Shown here in pieces: positions 30,244 to 37,826 of a DNA stretch of 64,000 bases. The notes under the pieces were generated by a model. That model had not been told where the DNA came from, made no database searches, and saw nothing but the letters and a program-made list of their open reading frames with translations. Made by a program: the position numbers and the translations under genes. This DNA is from Salinivirgaceae bacterium (GTDB lineage Bacteria; Bacteroidota; Bacteroidia; Bacteroidales; SZUA-534). Location of the stretch: assembly GCA_024405635.1 (NCBI GenBank), contig JAKSOL010000005.1, positions 32,001 through 96,000 on the forward strand. Reading direction: 5' to 3'. Positions within the stretch are counted from its first letter, which is position 1. The number at the start of each line of letters is the position of its first letter.

Positions 30244-30993
30244 ATGAAGATATCTTTAATTACAGCAACATTTAATAGCGCCAAAACAGTTCGAGATACA
30301 TTCGAAAGTGTCTTACATCAAACATATTCTGACTATGAATATTTAGTGATAGACGGAGCGTCTAATGATTCTACCATTGAAATAATTAAGGAATATGAGC
30401 CAAAGTTCAAAGGCAAAATGAAGTGGATTAGTGAGCCAGACAAAGGCATCTATGACGCAATGAACAAAGGATTCAAAATGGCAACAGGAGATGTGTTGGC
30501 TCTTATTAATTCTGATGATTTGTTTTCAAGGGCCGATTCATTGCAAGTGGTTGTCAATACGTTCGAGAATCATAAGGAAACAGATTGCGTGTATGCAGAC
30601 TTATATTATGTATCGCAGTCGGATACAAATAAGATTGTCAGAGTGTGGAGAACGGGGACGCAAAAGCCTTTTAGAAAAGGATGGTTGCCTGCTCACCCTA
30701 CATTCTACGTGAAGAGATCGGTGTATGAAAACTATGGTTATTTCAATTTGAACTATCCGCTAGCTGCAGATTTTGAATTGATGCTTCGTTTCGTTGAACG
30801 ATATGATATAAAGCTTATATATTTGCCAAAGCATATCGTGAAGATGCGCCTTGGTGGTGCAACGAGCAAAAATCTCAAAAACATATACCAACAAAATAAA
30901 GAATGCTATAGGGCATTTAAGGAGAATGGGTTAAAAGTAAGTCCTTTTTACATTGTATATAGAATGCTTCCTAAAATAAAACAATTTTTTTAG
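30244..30993 (+). CDS. Glycosyltransferase family 2 (WcaE/WfgS-like)
   Basis: DGASND, SEPDKGIYDAMNKG, INSDD, PAHP, AADFELMLR, MRLGG. Confidence 0.92.
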   Translation: MKISLITATFNSAKTVRDTFESVLHQTYSDYEYLVIDGASNDSTIEIIKEYEPKFKGKMKWISEPDKGIYDAMNKGFKMATGDVLALINSDDLFSRADSLQVVVNTFENHKETDCVYADLYYVSQSDTNKIVRVWRTGTQKPFRKGWLPAHPTFYVKRSVYENYGYFNLNYPLAADFELMLRFVERYDIKLIYLPKHIVKMRLGGATSKNLKNIYQQNKECYRAFKENGLKVSPFYIVYRMLPKIKQFF

Positions 30994-30995
30994 GT

Positions 30996-31889
30996 ATGAA
31001 AAAACTATTATTTACAGGCGGAACAGGATTTCTTGGTGCGAATGTTCGCCCGATATTGGACAAATTGTATGAAGTCACGACATGCGGTATAACAAACAAT
31101 GATGACATAAAGGCCAATTTGGCAAAAGAAATACCTGTTTTTGAAAAACAATACGATATTGTACTTCATGCCTGTGGAAAGGCTCATATAGTACCTAAAA
31201 CTGAGGCAGAGAAACAAGCGTTTTTTGATGTTAATTACCAAGGCACGGTAAATTTGTGTAAGGCCTTGGAGGGAAACTTACCATCAGCAATTGTCTTTAT
31301 TAGCACCGTAGCAGTTTATGGATGTGAAAAAGGAGACCTTATTACGGAGGAACATCCATTAAATGGAGAATCGCCTTATGCTAAAAGCAAAATAATGGCA
31401 GAACAGTATCTTACTGAATGGTGTTCAAAAAACAACGTAAAACTTGGCATATTGCGGCCATCGTTATTAGCTGGCCATAATGCCCCTGGTAATCTTGGAG
31501 CAATGGTAAAAGGAATACAAAAAGGCTTTTATTTAAACATTGCTGGCGGCAAGGTAAAAAAGAGTATTTTAATGGCAGAAGATATTGCAAATCTCTTGCC
31601 TTTAATAATTGAAAAAGGAGGCGTGTATAATGTTTGCGACTCGTACCAACCAACATTTGGACAGTTGGCAGAATCGGTTGCCAAGCAATTGAACAAACAT
31701 AAGCCAATATCAATACCATATTGGATGGCATGGTGTATGGCAAAAGTTGGCGATTTACTAGGAAATAAAGCTCCTATAAATAGCTATAAACTGTCTAAAA
31801 TGACAGATTCTCTTACTTTTTCTAACGAAAAGGCAATAAAAACGTTAGGTTGGGAGCCTTTGGATGTTTTAAGTAATTATAGAATATGA
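30996..31889 (+). CDS. NAD-dependent nucleotide-sugar epimerase/reductase (extended SDR)
   Basis: TGGTGFLG, ISTVAVYG, YAKSK catalytic motif. Confidence 0.9.
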   Translation: MKKLLFTGGTGFLGANVRPILDKLYEVTTCGITNNDDIKANLAKEIPVFEKQYDIVLHACGKAHIVPKTEAEKQAFFDVNYQGTVNLCKALEGNLPSAIVFISTVAVYGCEKGDLITEEHPLNGESPYAKSKIMAEQYLTEWCSKNNVKLGILRPSLLAGHNAPGNLGAMVKGIQKGFYLNIAGGKVKKSILMAEDIANLLPLIIEKGGVYNVCDSYQPTFGQLAESVAKQLNKHKPISIPYWMAWCMAKVGDLLGNKAPINSYKLSKMTDSLTFSNEKAIKTLGWEPLDVLSNYRI

Positions 31890-32851
31890 CATACATTCTT
31901 CTTATAGTAACATTGCTTGCCCTCGAACTTATCTATTTCCGCATAGCCGATAAGTTCAACATAATAGACAAGCCAAACATGCGCAGTTCTCATACTCGAA
32001 TAACGCTTCGCGGAGGAGGTATTATCTACTTGCTTGGCATATGGCTTTATGCCACATTTTATAGAATACCCCATATTCCATTTTTAGTGGGTATGACTGC
32101 AATATCATTGATAAGTTTTGTTGACGACGTTCATTCTGTGCCAAACAAATACCGATTGCTTGTGCAATTCGCCTCAATGATGTTGATGTTTTGTGATTTT
32201 GGAATATTGACTATTGAAAATTGGTGGGTTATTATTATTGCACTAATCCTATGTGTTGGCATAATAAACGCCTATAATTTTATGGATGGCATCAATGGCA
32301 TTACAGGAGGTTACTCACTGGTAGTGCTGACAATGTTGCTATATGTAAATCATACAATTTCGTTTATTGACAACGAATTGCTGTTAATTGCAATAATGAG
32401 TGATTTGGTATTTTGCTTTTTCAACTTTAGAACTAAGGCCAAATGCTTTGCAGGCGACGTAGGTTCTGTAGGAATAGCTTTTATCATTTTGTTTTGTCTT
32501 GGAAAACTAATCTTAACCACATCAGACATTACTTATTTAATGTTTCTTTCTGTTTACGGTATCGATGCTGCTTTGACAATAATTCATCGAATTTTGTTGC
32601 ACGAAAATCTTGGACAAGCACACAGAAAACACGCTTATCAGTTGATGGCAAACGAATTGCATATACCTCATGTTGCTGTGTCAGCAATATACATGTTGTT
32701 GCAAATAATTATATCGGTAGGATTGATAGTAGTAGCTAACAAATGGGCATTTTCGGGAGTAGTATTAGTAGCATTAGCTTTGGGGTACATCCTTTTTAAA
32801 AAGAAATACTACCATTTGCATGTTGAGTATTTAAAAAGCAAGGAGGCGTAA
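31886..32851 (+). CDS. Polytopic UndP HexNAc-1-phosphate transferase (WecA/MraY-like)
   Basis: IIDKPNMRSSH, RGGG, FVDD, NAYNFMDGING, FAGDVGS, HRKHAYQ. Confidence 0.92.
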   Translation: MTYILLIVTLLALELIYFRIADKFNIIDKPNMRSSHTRITLRGGGIIYLLGIWLYATFYRIPHIPFLVGMTAISLISFVDDVHSVPNKYRLLVQFASMMLMFCDFGILTIENWWVIIIALILCVGIINAYNFMDGINGITGGYSLVVLTMLLYVNHTISFIDNELLLIAIMSDLVFCFFNFRTKAKCFAGDVGSVGIAFIILFCLGKLILTTSDITYLMFLSVYGIDAALTIIHRILLHENLGQAHRKHAYQLMANELHIPHVAVSAIYMLLQIIISVGLIVVANKWAFSGVVLVALALGYILFKKKYYHLHVEYLKSKEA

Positions 32852-32853
32852 AA

Positions 32854-34395
32854 ATGTTAATAGATAAAAAATTATTGGATGAAGTTTCAAGTATAGCTAG
32901 TACTAACGAGAGATTACGAAAGAATTTTAATCTCCACGATTCGTTAGATGCGCCCTCGCAACGACTATTGAACGCATTGGAGCCTGGCACTATCATTCCC
33001 ATTCATCGGCACGAGAATACAAGTGAAACTTATGTCATTTTGCGTGGTAAAATAAGATTGACATTATATAATGATTCTGGAATAGAGACAGAATCGCATG
33101 TTTTATGCACTGAAAATGGCAACTATGGATTTAATATTTTAAGAGGTCAATGGCATTCGCTTGAAGTATTGGAGCATGGTTCAGTAATATTTGAGGTAAA
33201 AGATGGTCCATATACGCCATTGTCTGCCGACAATGTATTATCTTCTTTTGAGACAAAGAAACACATTATCCACCTATGTCTAGCCCACATGAGTGGCGAT
33301 GAGCAGAAATACATACAGCAGGCTTTTTCAGACAATTGGGTAGCTCCATTGGGGCCTAATGTCGATTTGTTTGAATCGATGCTTGAAACGTGGTATGGCA
33401 ACAATACTCATATTGCAGCATTGGCATCTGGCACGTCGGCAGTACATTTGGGATTGCTGCAATTGGGTGTGCAGCCTGGTGATGAAGTTATTTGCCAAAG
33501 TTTCACTTTCTGTGCCTCAGCCAATCCCATTACTTATTGCGGAGCTAAGCCAATTTTTGTTGATTCAGAGCCCGAAACGTGGAATATGTCGCCCGAATTG
33601 TTGGAGGAAGCAATAAAAGACCGAATTGAAAAAACTGGCCGTAAACCTAAAGCAATTATCCCTGTCCATTTGTATGGCATGCCAGCCAAGATGGATGAAA
33701 TTCAGTCTGTTGCCCAAAAATATGACATTGCTATAATGGAAGATGCTGCCGAAGCACAAGGTTCGCAATACAAAGGCAAACTTTGTGGCACATTTGGCGA
33801 GTTTGGCGCAATGAGTTTCAACGGAAACAAGATGATTTCCACTTCTGGTGGAGGTGCGTTAATCTGCAAAAGCGCAGAGGCAAAAGCAAAAACCATTTTC
33901 TATGCCACTCAAGCTCGTGAGCCACATGCCTATTATGAGCATAAAGAAATAGGCTACAACTATAGGTTAAGCAATATTTGTGCAGGCGTGGGTTGCGGAC
34001 AGATGTCAGTTTTGGACGCTCACATTGCTCATCACCGTCATGTGCACAATATGTATGTCGATTTGTTGGCAGATGTAAATGGTATCAAAGTTCATTCTAA
34101 TCCAAACGACAAGTACAATTCAAATTATTGGCTTACCACAATTTTAGTGGATTCAGCAAAATTCGGAATAGATAGTTCAGATTTGAATCTTAAGTTAAAC
34201 TCTTTAGGTATCGAATCCCGTCCACTATGGAAACCAATGCATCTTCAGCCTATATATAAAAATGCACCTGCGTATGTAAACGGTGTGAGCGAGAATTTAT
34301 TTAAACAAGGATTGTGCTTACCGTCAGGACCTTGCGTTACAGACAATGACGTGAAGTATATTGTTAGAATAATTAAAGAATCTATAATTAGATAG
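32854..34395 (+). CDS. Fusion: WbuC-family cupin + DegT/DnrJ (PglE/EpsN-like) sugar aminotransferase
   Basis: Residues ~1-130: RLRKNFNLH, QRLLNALEPGT, IHRH, WHSL, FEVKDGPY. Remainder: LCLAHMSG, SGTSAVHLGL, EDAAEA, SFNGNKMISTSGGG, GYNYRLSN, RPLWKPMH. Confidence 0.88.
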   Translation: MLIDKKLLDEVSSIASTNERLRKNFNLHDSLDAPSQRLLNALEPGTIIPIHRHENTSETYVILRGKIRLTLYNDSGIETESHVLCTENGNYGFNILRGQWHSLEVLEHGSVIFEVKDGPYTPLSADNVLSSFETKKHIIHLCLAHMSGDEQKYIQQAFSDNWVAPLGPNVDLFESMLETWYGNNTHIAALASGTSAVHLGLLQLGVQPGDEVICQSFTFCASANPITYCGAKPIFVDSEPETWNMSPELLEEAIKDRIEKTGRKPKAIIPVHLYGMPAKMDEIQSVAQKYDIAIMEDAAEAQGSQYKGKLCGTFGEFGAMSFNGNKMISTSGGGALICKSAEAKAKTIFYATQAREPHAYYEHKEIGYNYRLSNICAGVGCGQMSVLDAHIAHHRHVHNMYVDLLADVNGIKVHSNPNDKYNSNYWLTTILVDSAKFGIDSSDLNLKLNSLGIESRPLWKPMHLQPIYKNAPAYVNGVSENLFKQGLCLPSGPCVTDNDVKYIVRIIKESIIR

Positions 34396-34410
34396 CCCAT
34401 CTATTAAAAA

Positions 34411-34465
34411 CATTTATTGAAAGATGAATAACACTCTTTCAAAGAGTTATTCATTCTCAATAATG
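34411..34465 (+). terminator. Long imperfect AT-rich inverted repeat after the rightward glycan operon
   Basis: CATTTATTGAAAGATGAATAACACTCTTT pairs imperfectly with AAAGAGTTATTCATTCTCAATAATG. Confidence 0.5.
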
Positions 34466-34518
34466 TTAGACTCAAATTATTGTTCTTTATTTATATACAC
34501 TTCGACTCTCCCACCCAA

Positions 34519-34561
34519 CAAAAAACAAACCTCCGGCTCAACATTGTCAAGACGGAGGTTT
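34519..34561 (-). terminator. Intrinsic terminator, diverged copy of the carB terminator
   Basis: Stem AAACCTCCG / CGGAGGTTT with a T-rich tail on the minus strand; aligns with 37760-37801. Confidence 0.75.
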
Positions 34562-34586
34562 ACTGCTTTATTCTGAATTTGATTAT

Positions 34587-34681
34587 CTAATACTCGACCC
34601 AACAACTTATGGTTAGTTTGCCCATTGACTCATACTGAAGAAAGTAATTAAGGCGCTTGCCAAATTGTACAATGTTATTAG
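34587..34681 (-). pseudogene. Decayed duplicate of the carB 3' end
   Basis: Reads ...MGKLTISCWVEY* versus CarB ...MDEIAISSWDEY*; colinear DNA similarity with 37827-37922, including small indels. Confidence 0.8.
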
Positions 34682-34741
34682 TTGCATATACAATTAATCG
34701 TTTGTTGAAACATAACAGCAACTTTGTATTCCACACTCTTT

Positions 34742-35752
34742 TCATTGTTTTTTGAGCATTCTCATTCCCCACTCGTAAACCTTGTCAATATTGGGACAAA
34801 ACAATTCTTTTTCGTGTGACAAATCGTGGATTATTTTCAAGCCGAATGGAAAGTCCTCCGTAAAATAACGGCTATCAAAGTCTGGTACATAACCACAATC
34901 GGATTCTTTCATTGGTGACGCGATTCCTTGAAATGCTTTTATAGACCTTATTTTTTTTGTCAACGAATCGGCATCTTTACTTTCGTAATAATTTAATATT
35001 GTAGGTATTGCTCCTTCACGTACTCCAAGTTTATCAAGCAAATGTTGAAATTCGCCATCCATTGCAATTAGCAATTCTGATGAATCAACCGTCCAATCTG
35101 AATAAAATTGAGGCACATTTTCATACGCATAGCCTTCTTTATAATCGTTAAACATTGAATATAAACGACTTGTGTGAAGCAATGGATTGCTATTGGTAAG
35201 GCTTACCTCGTAATGACTCTCAAGCAAACCGACTGGGCATTTGAACAACGACTCTATCAATGCTCTTATCTCTTCCTTCTTGTTGGTTTGCTCCACTGCA
35301 ATAGCCAGCGAGGCTTTGTATCCTAACAAATCGGCCGAATGTCCATACTCTGTTATACGGCTAATGAATGGCACTCGTTGGAACCCAAACAAAGGTTGTG
35401 TGCTTGGCAATAATTCAAAAGCCCGAAAAAAGAATCCTGTGCTTGATACTATTGTTCCTACTATTGTATTTTTTTCTAAATATGGTCGTATTTTTTGGAG
35501 TTCTTCGGCAATTGAATAACCTGGTAAACATATTAAAACAACATCTGCGCCACAAATTGCTTTAGCTGGGTCTGCCGTTATTTCATTCAATTTACCTTTA
35601 TATTGTTTGCCATTAGGGTCATTCACTTCTATATCAGTTGACCACAAGTGTGGCTTGCGTGTAAACATTCGAATAGTAATATCCTCACGCGAGGCAAGAA
35701 CTCCTGCACAAACATGCCCCAAGTGCCCTCCACCGCATATTGTAATAACCAT
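34742..35752 (-). CDS. NAD/NADP octopine/nopaline (opine) dehydrogenase family protein
   Basis: Rossmann ICGGGHLGH; NSNPLLH; FYSDW; SRYFTEDFPFGL. Confidence 0.85.
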   Translation of the reverse strand: MVITICGGGHLGHVCAGVLASREDITIRMFTRKPHLWSTDIEVNDPNGKQYKGKLNEITADPAKAICGADVVLICLPGYSIAEELQKIRPYLEKNTIVGTIVSSTGFFFRAFELLPSTQPLFGFQRVPFISRITEYGHSADLLGYKASLAIAVEQTNKKEEIRALIESLFKCPVGLLESHYEVSLTNSNPLLHTSRLYSMFNDYKEGYAYENVPQFYSDWTVDSSELLIAMDGEFQHLLDKLGVREGAIPTILNYYESKDADSLTKKIRSIKAFQGIASPMKESDCGYVPDFDSRYFTEDFPFGLKIIHDLSHEKELFCPNIDKVYEWGMRMLKKQ

Positions 35753-35754
35753 AT

Positions 35755-37569
35755 CTACAACAACATTAAAGCATCAACCAAGGCATCGTTATCTTTTGTA
35801 TTTCGCACAGCAATACGAATCATATTTTTACCCTTAAGGCCATTTTTTGTATCGCAGTCCTTAATAAGGATATTGAACTTATTGAGTAAAATTTCAGTAA
35901 GTTCATGCGAAGTGTATTTTGCTTTATCAACCTCGCACATCAAGAAATTGGCTTGACTTGGTATTACTCGCAGATAAGGTACTGATTTCAATTTTTCGAC
36001 AAAACGTGCACGTTCTACGATAAATTTTTCACAGGCTTTTCGGTAGTCTTTTTCGTATTTGTTAAATATCTGCATATAAAACTCGGCAAACGAGTTTATG
36101 TTCCAAATAGCAACATCTTTTTTTATGTAATTGACTAATTCTGTGTTGCTTGTCGCTAATATTCCCAAACGCAAACCTGGCACTCCGTAACTTTTGCTGA
36201 TGCTTTTAACCACCACCATATTTGGATGTGATGCTAAAATATCGTTGGTTAACATTGTGTTGCTTTCCCAATTGTCGCTAAAGTCAACAAAACTTTCGTC
36301 AAGAATCAATGTTATGTTTTGTTTTTTACACCATTGGGCAAGGTTGAGCACATCGGCAACAGGAATGAAATTACCAGACGGATTATCTGGGTTAATCAAC
36401 AGCAATTGTTCTATTTTTTTGTCAGCATAATACTGCATCAAATCGTTTGCAGTATAACTATAGTTGGCATTTTGCGGAACAAACTGAACTATATCTTCAG
36501 TTTTTTTGCGATGCGGATATTCTTCAAAAGTTGGATATACTACGCCTATTTTACCAGACTCACGTTCCATCAAACTTTTGATGAGTTCGGCAGCACCATT
36601 ACCTGCTACTACATATTCTTGTTTAATGTTGAAATATTTGCCAGCTAACAAACTATTTACAAACATTCCCGAAGGATACTCAGTAAGTAGTCGGCCAAAG
36701 TTTGCTTGAAGTTCGTTGCGCATTTTTTGCGGTGGGAAATATGGATTTACCAGATAGCAGAAATCCAACATGTTTTCGAAACGCCAATAGCCTCCATAGC
36801 GTTTCATATACTTGCTCAGTTTGTCTTTTTCTTCAGCAAATATTGTTTCGGCAATATCTTTATCTTGAACATCATCAATTTCGTACCAAGGAAGATTCCC
36901 AACTGGTTTTGCTTTAAGTTCGGCATTGTTTATAAGTGTAATAACCCGCAAAACTTGTTCATAGTATTCATTGTTGCCCAAGGCCTTAACATAAGCATCG
37001 AGGAATGGCACGTAGCTGTTTGTTGCAAATTCTTTTGAGAATTTGTAAATGTTTACTGTTTTGTAATAATGGTCGGTATCTTCGTACTTAAATGCTTGTT
37101 TAGGCACAAAGTTCACAATGTTGTGGTCTTGATCGATGCACACCATTGTTCCATCCATCCAAGTTTCGTATTTGGCAACCAGTGCAAGATTTGGGAATGA
37201 ATCGTCGAGTATTAGCCTAAACATTTTGCTATCAACTATCAAGTCTGATTCAAGAAGAATGGTATCGTCTTCCATCATTTTTTCCTTTACCAGCCCCAAT
37301 GAGTATATGTTATTGGTTTTGTCGTAAATAGGGTTGTTAGCCCACTCAATTTTTAATTTATCATCAAAGCGATGGCCAACATAATCTATCACGTTTTGGC
37401 CTTTGTACCCAACCACTATAATCACTCTGCTTAAATTTAATTCGGCAAGTTGATTAAGCATACGGTCAATCAAGCGTACTCCGTTAACTGGAAGCATGCA
37501 TTTGGTGTTGTCTTTGGTATATTCGCCTAGTCGGCGTCCCATACCTGCAGCTAATATTATTGCTTGCAT
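35755..37569 (-). CDS. Fusion: LicC-like nucleotidyltransferase + class I/II PLP enzyme (CobD/HisC fold)
   Basis: N-terminal ILAAGMGRRL..TKC, TNNIYSL, ESD, WYEIDD; C-terminal INPDNPSG, LDESFVDF, KSISKSYGVPGLRLG, IRIAV. Confidence 0.88.
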   Translation of the reverse strand: MQAIILAAGMGRRLGEYTKDNTKCMLPVNGVRLIDRMLNQLAELNLSRVIIVVGYKGQNVIDYVGHRFDDKLKIEWANNPIYDKTNNIYSLGLVKEKMMEDDTILLESDLIVDSKMFRLILDDSFPNLALVAKYETWMDGTMVCIDQDHNIVNFVPKQAFKYEDTDHYYKTVNIYKFSKEFATNSYVPFLDAYVKALGNNEYYEQVLRVITLINNAELKAKPVGNLPWYEIDDVQDKDIAETIFAEEKDKLSKYMKRYGGYWRFENMLDFCYLVNPYFPPQKMRNELQANFGRLLTEYPSGMFVNSLLAGKYFNIKQEYVVAGNGAAELIKSLMERESGKIGVVYPTFEEYPHRKKTEDIVQFVPQNANYSYTANDLMQYYADKKIEQLLLINPDNPSGNFIPVADVLNLAQWCKKQNITLILDESFVDFSDNWESNTMLTNDILASHPNMVVVKSISKSYGVPGLRLGILATSNTELVNYIKKDVAIWNINSFAEFYMQIFNKYEKDYRKACEKFIVERARFVEKLKSVPYLRVIPSQANFLMCEVDKAKYTSHELTEILLNKFNILIKDCDTKNGLKGKNMIRIAVRNTKDNDALVDALMLL

Positions 37570-37759
37570 ATATTATATTATTAATCTCAAGAATGAATGT
37601 ATCAAAAACTTCAAGCCACCAAATTACTGCATTTTATTTTTATGCTTTACAAATCCACTAACTAAAGTATCTTGCTGTATTTGTTTTCCATTGTCAACAA
37701 TTATAATCTACATTGAGGTTATTAAATAGCAATGGTTGTGCGTTTTAAAACATATAAAA

Positions 37760-37801
37760 CAAACAAAAAACCACCGGCTCAGCACTAGCAAGGCGGTGGT
37801 T
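37760..37801 (-). terminator. carAB intrinsic terminator
   Basis: Stem AAACCACCG / CGGTGGTTT with a T-rich tail on the minus strand. Confidence 0.8.
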
Positions 37802-37826
37802 TGTTATTTCAATATGGAGTTAAATT

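Larger units (their letters stand above)
14613..37569. other. Surface polysaccharide (O-antigen/glycan) biosynthesis locus, compositionally atypical
   Basis: 21 contiguous genes, glycan-related by family call except the terminal opine module (linked by inference); visibly more AT-rich than the flanks (judged by eye, not computed). Confidence 0.9.

Noticed and set aside
34587-34772. 61-aa ORF in the track as a real small protein
   Set aside because: It overlaps the end of the opine dehydrogenase, and its C-terminus is explained as the decayed carB tail.
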